The translations under genes were made by a program, and so were the position numbers. Of a stretch of 64,000 nucleotides of DNA, positions 1 to 14,022 are shown piece after piece. Numbering within the stretch: the first letter of the stretch is position 1; each line of letters opens with the position of its first letter. The notes below the pieces were generated by a model. The model was not told the DNA's origin and made no database searches. It worked only from the letters and a program-made list of their open reading frames with translations. The DNA comes from Eledone cirrhosa. Lineage: Eukaryota. The stretch is from NCBI GenBank assembly GCA_964016885.1, contig OZ024740.1:42098001-42162000 (forward strand), read 5' to 3'.

Positions 1-20
1 TAATAGCAGTAATGAGTTGA

Positions 21-143
21 GACAAGGGAAAATTTATAATCTTCCCTTTCTTCAAGATATGGTCGGATAACGAACATTTCCGCAGATATAAAGAAGAATT
101 CTTCATTGAAAAATTTAAACCACTACTGAACACGAAAAAATGA
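21..143 (+). pseudogene. C-terminal fragment of a PLE GIY-YIG endonuclease
   Basis: Manual translation DKGKFIIFPFFKIWSDNEHFRRYKEEFFIEKFKPLLNTKK* matches the PLE endonuclease end motif (R..KE..FI..FKP.LN). Confidence 0.65.
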
Positions 144-225
144 ATTAACACTCGGAGGTAAAATTCCATTTCACTAACCCCCCCTCTTCTTATGTGTACA
201 CATGAATATCTGAGTGAACGGTGAG

Positions 226-624
226 ACACACACATATATGTGTGTAGGTATGTATGGATGTATGTACGTGTGGGTATATATGTATGTGAGTGTGTGTATG
301 TGTGTATATATATGTATGGATGTGTGTATGTTTGTATGTGTGTGTGTATATATATATATATATATGTGTGTATGTGTGTATATATATGTATATGTATATG
401 TATGTATATGTATATTTGTATATATATATATATGGATATATATATATGTTTATATGTGTGTGTATGTTTATGTATGTATCTATATATGTGTGTGTGTGTA
501 TGTATGTGCATATATGTATATATGTGTGTACATATATGTATATTTCTGTATGTGTATATGTATGTATGTATGTAGATGTATATATATATATGTATATATA
601 TATATATGTGTCTTTATGTTTTTG

Positions 625-687
<63 letters not shown>

Positions 688-823
688 ATGTATGTGTATG
701 TATGTATATATATATATATATGTATATATGTGTATATATATATATATGTATGTATATGTATGTGTATATATGTATGTGTGTATGTATGTGTTTGTATGTG
801 TATGTGTATGTGTATGTATATAG

Positions 824-893
<70 letters not shown>

Positions 894-957
894 ATATATG
901 TGTATATGTGTGTATGTGTCTGTATGTGTTTATGTGTGTGTATATATATATATATAT
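226..957. repeat. (TA)n/(TG)n compound microsatellite
   Basis: Direct inspection; the YI/HT/CV ORFs here are artefacts. Confidence 0.95.
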
Positions 958-1995
958 AACGAAGGAAATGTGGTAAGGAACCAGGTGGACCATAACGCAC
1001 CAAAGTACTCAATACTTGAGGTAGTAGAGTGGGTAATAGGAACCAGTAAGACCCCGACAGCTGAGCTCAAGCCGTTTCGACGGCTAATTCTGGACTAAAT
1101 GAAAATTTATCCTGGTATTTAAATAGCCGATCTTCTCAAGGGGTAATTCCATATATGGTCAAAGTGATTGTCAAAAATCAGTAGTAATTCTATGGTTGCA
1201 AATTAGTAGGGGAGATGGTGGCTAAACCTGCCAGTAGGAGAAAGAGGGGAGGGGGTGGAGTAGCTCCAATCAAGCGTTTGTAGTGCCAGCTACAGCTGGG
1301 CATGAGGTCAAAGAAGATACAGGGGAGGGGGAGGGGGAGGAAGTCGGAACGGTAGGTAGAACAATGGGGGGTAGAAATATATAGGAAAGAAAAAATACGT
1401 GTAAAGAAAAACATATGAGTGTAAAGAAAAAAGTAAAGTAAATTAAATTCTACGACCTAGGTCTCTAGCTAATGTTAGTCTAGAATAAATAAATAAATAA
1501 AGAAAGAAAGAAGTAAAGAAAGAAATAAAGAAATAACGAAATAAGTAAAAGAACTAGGTGGGACGGAATAGGCGAGGACCCTTTTAAGAGGTATAAGTAC
1601 GTAAATGATACGGTGACGGGTCAACAAAAGGGGCCAAAATACTAAAGAGACTACCACGAAATAAACAATAAAGGTTTCCATCCCGGGCACAATTCCAGCA
1701 ACCACCCAGTGCCGCAAAGTGAACTAATACGAGATAATAATTCTGAGTCCCGGGAAAAATATATACTAATGCTAACTCTAAAAGATCTAAAACAAGCTAC
1801 ATGAAAGTTCGTACGAAGTAAAGGTAGAATACGGAAGAATAAATTCAGAATCCACCCCGCCCAAAAGAAAAGCGAAGAAAGAAATACTGAAACGAAAAAA
1901 TAAGGCATAAGTGCCACTAAGAAATATAGAGGGCACAGAGAATGGTGGGAGCGGTCGGAAAAAGGGGACAAGTATCCGGGGTCTAAACCAACTGC
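958..1995 (-). mobile_element. PLE pLTR/3'UTR remnant, family A, longest copy
   Basis: First ~140 bp match family A copies at 20227, 24676, 25534, 33947 and 40262; contains an HHR; bounded by TA tracts; far end approximate. Confidence 0.6.
1051..1144 (-). ncRNA. Type I hammerhead ribozyme, U3-A8 variant (family A)
   Basis: Minus strand: ACCCC-TTGAGAA-GATCGGCTA..TAGCCGTC-GAAA-CGGC TTGAGCTCA GCTG-TC-GGGGT. Confidence 0.7.
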
Positions 1996-2009
1996 TATAT
2001 ATATATATA

Positions 2010-3388
<1,379 letters not shown>

Positions 3389-3847
3389 TGTATATATAAA
3401 AACATGAGAAGAATAAATACTGCGTGGTTGCACATGGGTTACATATGATAAAAATAGTCCTTCATCAGTGATTTTCCAGCCTTTAAAAATCATATACCTC
3501 CAGTTGGTGCGAGCAATAGCTAAATAAAGCTACTGGGACAAGTAAATCGCGTAAAGCGAGCGAGACAAATAAACAAACATAGAAGGGTAGCAACGCAAAG
3601 ATAGGAAAAAACAAGCACATGGGAGTCCGAGCAGCTTAAGCTGTGTGGATTTCATGAGCGAGAGACAACAGACCGTGCGACGCGAGTGAGGTGTGAGCAA
3701 GAAACGACCCCACTTCAGGCCAAACATATGTGCAGGTGAAAATAAACGGTGGAGCCTAGGACATATTTACCCTGCGGATAAATAACATCTATGATATCTG
3801 CTCGATTAAGGCTGACCTCGAGCTAAAGAACAATAACAACAATAATA

Positions 3848-4036
3848 ATTGTTTCTACTTTTGGCACAAGGCCAGCAGTTATCCCTGTGTATTACTGGTA
3901 CTTTATTTTATCGACCCCGTAAGGATGAAAGCAAAGTTAACCACGGCAGGATTTGAACTCAGACCATATAGGGCCGAAACTCTTTGCTGTAAAGCATGGC
4001 GTCCGACCCTCTACCGATACTGCCAATCCACCGCCC
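3848..4036 (-). mobile_element. tRNA-derived SINE (octopus-type family)
   Basis: On minus: A-box TGGCAGTATCGG, B-box GAGTTCAAATCC, core CTTTCATCCTTACGGGGTCGATAAAATAAAGTACC; many copies in window. Confidence 0.85.
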
Positions 4037-4407
4037 TTAACAACAATAATAATAACAACTATAATAGCAACAATAAAATTGTTTTTGTGTTATGTAAGTT
4101 GGTACGCTAGTTATGAATGCATGTTTTTATTTTACATTTTTCTTCTGAACATATGAACATATGAAAATATCTCAGTTCAGTCCGTTTTACCTGCTGTATC
4201 ATAATCCCGCCATATTGATAAACCAATGTAATACCTGTAAACTCTCCTCGTCTGACGGTGAGATCTCCCACTCACTTTGTGAAAATGGGTATAGAAATTA
4301 TGTAAAATCTCCCCATTTTGTTTAATTTCTCCCCGTTTTAGGGCTTTTTTTTCATGGTATTTCGCGTTACGGGTTTTTAGATAATTTGCTGTAGTGTTGG
4401 AGTGTTA

Positions 4408-5324
4408 TCTGTATATATATAAATTAAGTATGTGTGTGTCTGTGTATTTCCTATATGGGCCTACATCTTACGACCGATTTTCATGAAACTTTACAGGCTC
4501 ATAGATTAGTCATCGGGGAGTGTTTTCCATATATCAGCGTTTCGTTTTTTTTTTTTTATTCCGGGGTCATTCTGCAGATAAAAATCGATAGGGGTCACCT
4601 TTTCGAAAATAAGATTTTTGGCTCTAGCTCCCACATTTTGCCACCGATTTAGTTCAAATTTTAAAGCAAAATAGAATTTATCATTGCACATCCTGTAATA
4701 GCTTTATATTTTGCATTTGTTGTTCAGGGACGGCGTGGCAGCCGCTTAAATATTCAAAAATACCACTTTTAGACTCAAATTTCTACTTTTTCGGCTCTAG
4801 CTCCCACATTAATCAATCTACATTGTTGACATTTTACACTACGCTAGATCTGATTATTTCACGTCTTAAAGTGGCTTTACATTTTGGATTTTTTGTTAAG
4901 GAACGGCGTGGCAGCCGCTTAAATATTCGAAAATACCACCTTTTCGCTCAAATTTTCGTCTTTTCAGCTCTAGCTCCCACATTTTTCAACCGACTTCGTT
5001 CAAATTCGAAACTTCGGCTCCACCTCACACATAAATCAATTTATTTGGTTCAACTTTTATACTACGATATAACCTATCATTGCACATCTTATAGTAGCTT
5101 TACACTTTGCACTTTTTGTTCAGGGACGGCGTGGCAGCCGTTTAACTCTTCAAAATACGATTTTTTCCACCTCCCACATATTCCATACGATTTCACTCAA
5201 CATTTCACCATTTGCTACACCTTACGACCGATTTTCAAGAAACTCGCAGTCGCTAAGATCAACACCTTTTCATCAAAGCAGATATTATTTTACCAACCCA
5301 GGCAACGCTGGGTACTGCTGCTAG
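4408..5324 (+). mobile_element. Non-autonomous Helitron
   Basis: 5' TC, 3' hairpin CCCAGGCAACGCTGGG then CTAG, inserted between A and T; internal sub-repeats GGACGGCGTGGCAGCCG..CTCTAGCTCCCAC. Confidence 0.8.
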
Positions 5325-5339
5325 TTATTAAATAATACT

Positions 5340-5846
5340 TTATATACAAGTATCGAGGTCAGCGAGGAGAGATGTCTGAGTGTAACACGGAGCGCTGCCG
5401 AGTGTATAGAGGAGCTTCGGCATGGAGAAGCAGTTCCTCAGCAGAAAGAGAGATGGGTGGTCGTCAATCAAGCCCAGTCGGCTCGTGAGAGTCTGGAGCT
5501 GTTGAAGCCTGGACCTGATGGTGGAGCAGATGACCGGCGGGTGGATCGGTGACCCGAGAATGCGGACATTCTCTTTGGGGGTCACCTGAACATGGCGGAG
5601 AATGGACCGCACGTCCAAGACGGAGGCTGCAAAGCTCGCAGCATCGAGGCTGACATTCACCACCTCCGACTTGTCCGAGTTGACCTGGAGGCCAATTCCC
5701 ACCAGGGCTGGAACCACCGATTGAAGGTCATGGCAGACCGTCCGTACAGGCCCGCCCAACATAGCATCAATCAGATACCAAACGTTGAGAGGGGCCGTGA
5801 TACTCCGGGCGATGTGGTCAATACCAAGGGCGAACAAGTGCTGCAA
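5340..5846 (-). pseudogene. CRE-clade non-LTR retrotransposon RT fragment
   Basis: WYLIDAMLGG (degenerate YLDD), GLQVNSDKSEV, ILGSPI, LFLLRNCFSMPKLLYTLGSAP. Confidence 0.75.
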
Positions 5847-6754
5847 GTGTTGGCTTGGAGGGATGGGGGATGGGGCGTGGAGTTGGGGACTGGGGCACCG
5901 AGCGGAATCAGCGGTGGGTGGGTGGCGTATGTGAGTGGAAGGGAAAGTGCTGGTAAGAGGGCCTCATAGCTCACCTATATATAGAGAGGTGTCAGAAAAC
6001 ATGAGAGAAAAGAAGGGGCTGCATAGAGGGGGACACACAGGAAGGTAGAATGTTAGTAAATGAATGAGTGAATGGATGGATGAATGTACACAAAAAAGAG
6101 GATGGGGGGGGGGGAGAAAACAGGGGATTGTTCCCAGCGGAAAAACACAGAGTTCAGCACGCACACATGCGAGCAACTTAGCAGTTTGTCATAGGACCTA
6201 GTGGCTGGTGGTGAGTCACTGATGCTGAGGTTGGCTTCCTCTTGTTAATGGTAGAGTTGTTGTTTGTTAAAGTCACTGTTGTCGTCGTTGTCTTCCTCTT
6301 GTTAATGGTGAAGATTGCTGGTGAGATGTTGATGTATACACATGTGTGTTGTTGATGTTAATGTCACAGTTGTTGTCGTTGTCTTCCTCTTGTTAATGGT
6401 GGTGGAGATGAAACTGCTACCATGTCGGGCTGCCAGGCAGTATGCCTTCTTTTACCGAAGATGCGGGGTCGATGTTATTATCCTGTTGCTGTCGCCTTCT
6501 TGATCGTAAATGCGGGTCACTGGCTTTCGGCATCATTTGGCAGCACAACAGCAAATAAATATATTCTCTATTTTTTTTTTTGGCCTTTTCTTTCTCTCTG
6601 TCTAATCCAATTCAAATTATTTGGCAGTGAATTGGTGGTGGGTTTTGTTTTGTTTTGTTTTATGTTTCCATTTGTTTTTATTTATTTCTCACGCTTTTCT
6701 CGTATGTTTCGGTGTGTTAAATTTGTGAGGTTCCTAGCAGTTATTATTTGAGGT

Positions 6755-6857
6755 GAGGTTAACTTTGCCTTTCATCCTTACGGGGTCGATAAAATAAAGT
6801 ACCAGTAATGCACTGGGATAATTGCTGGCCTTGTGCCAAAAGTAGAAACAATTATTT
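6755..6857 (+). mobile_element. SINE, 5'-truncated
   Basis: Matches 3' half of the SINE family. Confidence 0.8.
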
Positions 6858-7572
6858 GAGGTTATATTTCCATTCTAGGATGTATTCCATCATAACAGCA
6901 CATACTGCTTCCCAGCATCATGGATTAAACTGTGAGTTAATGCCGCGAATGTTTGACTATTGGGTAATCAGATAATCCAAGCGTAAAATCATCAATGTAG
7001 ATATGGATAGAGTCTGGTGGATTTGAGAATGTGTTAGAAGTGATGAAGCAGCGTGGAAAATGTTTAAGATAAAAATTCATTAACTCAAGAGGGTTGATAT
7101 CTGATACAGGCAAATTTCCTTCATCGATGTCAGGATCAACATCTTTATGGGCTTCGCGTGTTGAGTTAGGTATGGCGAACTATAATGTTTAATAATTCGC
7201 GAGTAGTATAACAGCTCTGTACGGCTCTCATTCAATGGGAGGTAAAAGCCTGTAAATGGGTTTGCTTGCTCCAAGGAATGGCATAATATTAGCATACCAC
7301 ATATTATAATATTATGCCTACGTATATATGTGTGTTGGTATGTCAAATACACACATATATGTGTGTATATCCGTGTGGGGAGCAACACGTGTTGGTTTGT
7401 TTTTAATTTTTATTTCTTCTCTCTTTCTAATCCGATTCAAAAAAATTATTTGGCAGTGAATTCATGGTCGTTTTTTGTTTTTTGTCCCCCTTCCTTTTAT
7501 TTTGTTTATTTCTCTGTTTTGGTACGTTATATTTGTGAGGTTCCTATCAATGGTTAATAGCATTTATTATTT

Positions 7573-7761
7573 GGTGGATTGGCAGTATCGGTAGAGAGTC
7601 GGACGCCATGCTTTGCAGCATAGAGTTACGTCCCTTTACGGTCTGAGTTCAAATCCCGCCGAGGTTCACTTTGCCTTTCATCCTTACGGGGTCGATAAAA
7701 TAAAGTACCAGTAATGTACTGGGTAATTGCTGGCCTTGTGCCAAAAGTAGAAACAATTATT
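7573..7761 (+). mobile_element. tRNA-derived SINE
   Basis: Full-length family match. Confidence 0.85.
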
Positions 7762-8214
7762 TGTGGCTATGTTTCCGTTCTAGGATGTATTCCATCATAG
7801 CAGCACATTCTGATTCCAGGAATCTTGTATTAGACAGTGAATTAATGCTGCGAATGTTTGGAACGCAAAAGTATTTGAGTAATGGGTAATCCAAGCGTAA
7901 GGTCATCAATGTATGGTAAACAAATCTTAAATAGAGCTTGGAACAGATATTACGTTAAGAGAACATTCAGACAGAGTGGATGTGAAAATGTTTACCTCGT
8001 TGGGTGTTGAATTTGTAGTTCCAGAATTTTTTTTTTTCAATCACAGGAAAGTGCACACACATACATATATGTATATATACAGGTATATATATTAATGAAC
8101 TTGTATTTCACACTAAACACAGAGGGACATCAGTAAATAATAATAACGATATTTAGATATGAAAATATAGATGTACATATCTCTATTTCGAGGGTTATTT
8201 TTTTTCTGGGTTAA

Positions 8215-8382
8215 GCAAAAGCCCAACAATTTGGGGGGAGGTGGGGGGATCGATTAAATCGAACCAAGTGCGTTACTAATACTTTATCTTGTCGACCCCG
8301 AAAGGATCTTTGAGATTTGAAATCAGAACGTAAAGAATCGTAACTATCATGTTATCCGACGCTCTACCGATACTGCCAATGC
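8215..8382 (-). mobile_element. Older diverged SINE
   Basis: GTCGACCCCGAAAGGAT core and CTCTACCGATACTGCCAAT head. Confidence 0.6.
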
Positions 8383-10725
8383 CCTCCCTCCATGGTAGAT
8401 ATAAATTAATTTTTAAAAAAATACTTTGCATCTATCTAAAGAGCAAATTCATTATTTTAGTAGGATTAAGGATAATATTTTTTCGAAAAATGAAAGCAAA
8501 ATAATTGTACGTTTCCTATTTTTCACTAATATCAATTTTTAAGAAAACACAAATATTGCATGTTTTTCTGTTCGTATGAGATTGGATGTGTTCATAGATA
8601 AATACCAAGTAATTTGCAAGGCACGTCATATTATAATACTTATGCATGTCAACAGTATAACATTTATTTACATTTACTTCGCCTTTCATCTTTCTCTGAT
8701 TAATATATAAGAAGTAGTAATATACCTGAGTCAATATATCATTCTTAAATATCTTTGACTTTAAGCTGAGTCAAAAGAAACCATTACTTATTAATTCCCA
8801 AACCGAAGGTGCTTATCCATAACCTCTCCTAATGTTATATTTAATACGGTGTTAAATATGTGCGAGATTATTGGGTAAATGTTAAAGTTGAAACGTTCCA
8901 CCTTAGTTAATATTGAACTTTTCATGAATCTCAGGTTCGATAAAGCTGCCATCTGATTCCAGTTTTCCAAATATTGAACAAATGGGAGACACGTTTCTTT
9001 TCATAGAAAATGTACTTTATCCAAACATGTAGATGAAAGGAAGTGCATAATAATAAGCGTCCTTCCCAAAGATACAAAGATACAATGAAACTTCTGTGAT
9101 ACATTTCCACACATGAAGTACTATTGTGTGTTTTTAACATAGTACGTTCTGTGGAAAGCATTCGGGCTGGGTTTCTAGTCTGAGAATAATTTTCCCTCTC
9201 TTTCCTACTACCCACGGAAGCCCTAAAGGGGTTATAGAAGCTGTACTTTTTTCTCTGACTAATTCATTAAATAAGTTCAATATAACAACACCAAGCCATT
9301 TCATTCCTTCATCGAAGTGTATGGATGAGAGCACAATTCTAGAATGATACTGGTTTATTTTCAATTCATGCTTTATAGCGATATGCATCGGTAGCGAATA
9401 ATGTTAGGATAGCATGATATAATTTAGTGCTGCGGAAGAAAGAAACTCATTTTATGAGAGTGTTACTGGGAATTATTTTCAGTTAGATTTGTTTTAGGGA
9501 ATCACTTGACTGTGTTAATGTATTAAAAGGGGAAAACATGAACCCAGATGTGTAAATAAAAGATTTTCAAATCAAATATAAAACATGGTTTTCTTTCATT
9601 GTTGATTATAACCGAAGCTGGTACATCATATTAGATGAGAAGAGCATCTCATTTATACGTGAATCGTAAAATAGTCAAAATAGAATGTTTTCTCTTTAAA
9701 GGAAACATAAACTACTTCCCCATCTGCTTTTGTTAAGTCTCACCAGTTACCGGTGATTTTTACCTGAAGTATTTCCAAACAGCACCGCTTCAAATTCTGG
9801 TTTCTATAATTAGAATAAGATCTGAGAGAATCGTCTATGAATGTAAGGTAATTAATTTTATTCAATTTGCAATAATAAATAAATTGCATTTATATTTTGT
9901 ATTTATATTTTTGTTATTAGATTCTTCGCTTCACGTTCTCTTGTGAAGAACATCCTGGTAGCTTTCGATGTTAAAAATATAAAGAATGAACCTGAAAATC
10001 TTAGTAGGTTTGGGGAGGTGTGTCACCTGTATAAGTATGCATTGTGGTTTTATGAGCTAAATAAAAATAGGGATGTAAATTAAGAAAATGAAAATAAGAG
10101 AAAAACCTAATGATGCAGAATAGTCTTAGCCAGTAGAAGTAGCTTTTAATTCTACCTGTTAACTCTTGACTGAACTTACAGCTAAAGAATTTGTCTTAGA
10201 TCTCTATTTAACTATACACGTTATCTTTTTCATTAATTCTGAAAGAACTATTCACATCAGCTGTATTCACAATTGCTTTAATACTTAATCTAATCTCCTT
10301 TTGTCTGAAGCTATTACATCAGAGTTATTGTATTACGAGTGCTTAATTTTTCTTTTCTATCACAAACAAACACATCAAAGCTAGTGTATTAGCTTTTAGC
10401 AGAAAGTTTCATCAATATACTAGTGTTGAAGCGTACAAATATAATCAGTATACAAATTAATTTTTATGTCTATCTCTAGCAAGTATTTCAAATGTGTTAG
10501 CAACAACCACAAGCAGCTGACGAATGTTGTACATTGATGAAAATTTGCGACAAATCTCGTGTAATATATTCGACTTATATGTGACATTGTGGGTATTTTA
10601 GTTGTACCTTCGGGGTTTAAGCACTTCATTGTATTTTTCAGACTATGTAGCATCCCTCAGACTATGTACATTTATAATAAACATACATACATTATATATA
10701 TGGGTTCGCATATGTTTTTATTAAT

Positions 10726-11008
10726 AGGCGTGATGGCACGTGGTTTAGTGGTTAGGGCGTTTGATTGCTGGCGGCACATTTCAATTTTACGCAATACACT
10801 TTATTTCACGTTTTTCCAGTCCACTTAGTTGACAAAAATGTGTTATACTTGTAATTCAAACGGCCAGCCTTGTTACACTGAGTCACGCTGAATCTCCATG
10901 GGAACTACATGTTTGTGGAATGCTCTGTCTTTGCATGTTATCTCCACGAGTAGGCTATTCCATTGATCGAATCAACTAGAACACTTCAACGTCGGAGCCG
11001 ACGGAGTG
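10726..11008 (+). mobile_element. Second SINE family, diverged
   Basis: tRNA-like head GTGGTTTAGTGGTTAGGGCG with a body unrelated to the main family. Confidence 0.55.
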
Positions 11009-11137
11009 TTAATTTCTTTTAGTTTATTTAGGTGACCTTCTGTAGAGTGAGAAACAAGAGTATGACATAGGAGAGCAAGTCATGCGTAACTTATCGCTTG
11101 AAGGCACCCTTACTGTTGTTAATTATTGGGAAGCTAC

Positions 11138-11325
11138 GGCAGTGAATTGGCAGTATCAGTAGAGGGTCGGACAGGCTTTCCAGCATAGTTACGTCCCTTT
11201 ACGATCTGAGTTCAAATCCCGCCGAGGTTAACTTTGCCTTTCATCCTTACGGGGTCGATAAAATAAAGTAACAGTAATGCACTGGGTAATTGCTGGCCTT
11301 GTGTCAAAAAGTAGAAACAATTATT
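11138..11325 (+). mobile_element. tRNA-derived SINE
   Basis: Family match. Confidence 0.85.
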
Positions 11326-12806
11326 GGGAAGGGACAAATATTTAGGGTGGTGAAGGGCGTAATTGTTTATGACTGTTCCACCACCTTTCAGAAGAGAGGT
11401 CAATATATTGAGAGTTGTAGGCAGGGTTACAGAATTTGTCTTTCTTGAGAATGGGACATGTTATCATGTGTTTCTATAAACTAGGATGTCTGTAAGCAAA
11501 GAATTATTAATTTCTAATTAAGACACACGGCCAGCAAGTTTGAGGGAAGGACAACGTTGATTAAATGAGCCCTTTATTTTATTTAGATAAATTACAAGTA
11601 CAACCCATTTTTGCCAGCTGGAGCAATATGAAATAAAATGTCTTCCTCAAGGACACAATATGTCTCTAGGAATCAAACTCAGGAACTCAGTCATGTGTCT
11701 AACTCACTAACCAGTAAGCTACATTCCTTCTCACTTCATATAATAATGTTTTATTTGTTTTCCATATTTTAATTTATTCATGGATATATGTTCCTTGTGA
11801 TGGTGTTTGAAACTCAAAACCAAGGAACAAGTTATAAAAATTTCATAATTTTTTGAAACTAGGGTTATCAAAATTCTGCCTAGTGTTATACAGTGAAGTG
11901 TTGAGTCCTTCAAAAATGTATCACCTACTTAACACTTTTAATACTTACTCAACCAAAACTAGTTCTGGTTGTATGAAACAAAAGTACCCATAGTTAAGAG
12001 TTCTCATTAAGTTATTATTTTAGTAATGAGATAGTGATTTTCGTAAACCCCTCGAAATTCGTTATTGATAAATTGAGATAATGTTTATTTCATTAGAAAT
12101 ATATTGATGAAAGGGTTTAAAAAAGGAAAGAAATTGATCTGTTGATTGCAATTCTTGGCAGAAGAACACAATATACATGAGGTACATCTAGGGGTGTTAA
12201 CTAACCTCTCAGAGGCTGAGATAACCAGAGCAATTAAAGAGCACAAATGTGGCAAGGCCTAAAAAAAAAAAAATTTAAATTTCATGCATAATGAAATGAG
12301 ATGTTAAAAGCCTTAAATAGAGAAGGTATGCTATGGCTGACCTGTGTGTGCCGGTACAACATTGACAAATTTTTCGGTATATGAGCTCTCTAAGCTGCAA
12401 TATTTTATGATAATGAAAGAAACTCCACGAGGACTGGTGAGCTGTTTGCGTTAAGTTTTCACTCATGGAAAAATTGTGTACATGCTGGAGGAGGTTTAGA
12501 AGAGTTTTACTGTTTACCTGCAGTCAGAAATTGGAATTAAAGTAGACAGAAGTGTGGACACTATGATTCTACTTAGAGAGTAATCTTTGTTGCGTAGTAG
12601 ACATGGCTGTAATTCTTTTTAGTTGGGGGTGGGTTGTAGGAAAAAGCTTCTACTCCGTAAGATATACGACGGACGTATCCACTTCTTTGTTGATCGCCAT
12701 GTTGTTGGGATTTCGGCGGTGCCTAAACCTCATCTTCTTCGTAATTGTAGGTTCTTACTTATTAGTGAGGTAAACAACATTCTTTACCTATAGAGATACA
12801 ACTTAA

Positions 12807-13023
12807 CCCTTTAGCATTCACATTACTCTATATATACTATTATATTTTCACAGAGTTTTATCTTGCATAATTATCTCACATAATATTAAATCTACAACAT
12901 TTTGCTGTTATTTATTTTGAGAACAATAACTTAACATCAGTATGAGTAGCCAGTTACAGTCAGTTTGAAGAGAAAAAGGTGAGAGAATTCTGGCCGGATA
13001 CGGCCGGTTTAAATGCTAAAGGG
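12807..13023. mobile_element. TTAA-specific MITE (piggyBac-like)
   Basis: TTAA-CCCTTTAGCATT ... AATGCTAAAGGG-TTAA. Confidence 0.8.
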
Positions 13024-13265
13024 TTAACATTATTAATAGAATGGCCCACTTGAAGGTTTTGGCCCTATGGATTATAGTTTTTATTCGGAATAAAGCGGTT
13101 TATAACTACGAGGAAGGTATCGACCATTCTGCTGTTCTGAAGAGGTCCCTGAGTTGTTAGTATAGATCTAGCAGAACTTCAACTAGTGACACAGTATATA
13201 CTGACGATGACATATATATATAGAATCATTAGAACATTTGACTGATAAAATGACAAGTCAGTCAA

Positions 13266-13580
13266 TCATATTGGTGGCCTCTCCACAGCCCCGGCAGACA
13301 GAATGGAGAAGGTGTTTTCCCGGAGGACGGCAAGGGAGACGCGCTGGAAAATCCATTCCATCTCGCGAGGCTCACTCCTGCGGCTGGCCAGCTCAGCGCC
13401 TATGGTGGTGAGTAGGGAGGTAGCCCTAAGGCGGTGGATACCAGAAGTCTCAATTGCCAAGGGTACGACCGCAAACCTGTCGTAGAGCGACAGGTACTTG
13501 GAGAGTTTGGCCTCCTCAGCCTGACGTGCAGCAGAACCTGGGTTAGTTACAGACTGCACCAGGTTGCAGCTGGAGAAAGT
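13266..13580 (-). pseudogene. CRE-clade retrotransposon C-terminal restriction-like endonuclease fragment
   Basis: AARQAEEAKLSKY..VPLAIETSG..FQRVSLAVLREN motifs. Confidence 0.75.
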
Positions 13581-14022
13581 AGAAGAGTTAACTGAGTTAC
13601 CGGAATAGTCAGGGACAGGTTTCGTATAAAATACGAAGATTAGTTAACTAACTTCTTATGATAAATAAGACGATGCTTTCGAAAATGTTACATATAGTTA
13701 CGTAATATTACATATTGACATGAAGTTGTCAAACATTTTTTGTCTTCGAAAGTATTCTTTACATAAATATATTTCTATATTGACGTCTGAATGCTAACAT
13801 TTCATATTTTATATTTATCAGACAATTGTGTCACATCCTCTCCAATGTAATCAATACATTTATTTGTTTCTGCGTAAAAGCATTGAAAACATTATTTGTA
13901 CATTAATACCTGCTTATCCTTTCCAGAGACGTCTATGTCTCTTTTCAACTGTGACTTATACAATGTATGAAATGAGAAATTACAATACTTACCTTTTTAG
14001 TAAAAATTAGATATTTTGGTAT

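Noticed and set aside
190-1098. Long YI/HT/CV-rich ORFs here and at 20296-20855, 28968-29959, 34018-34437, 42705-44888 and 56840-57217
   Set aside because: Translations of dinucleotide microsatellites that lack stop codons; not genes
7573-7660. tRNA gene calls at SINE heads
   Set aside because: A/B boxes are present but continue into the SINE body, with no complete cloverleaf
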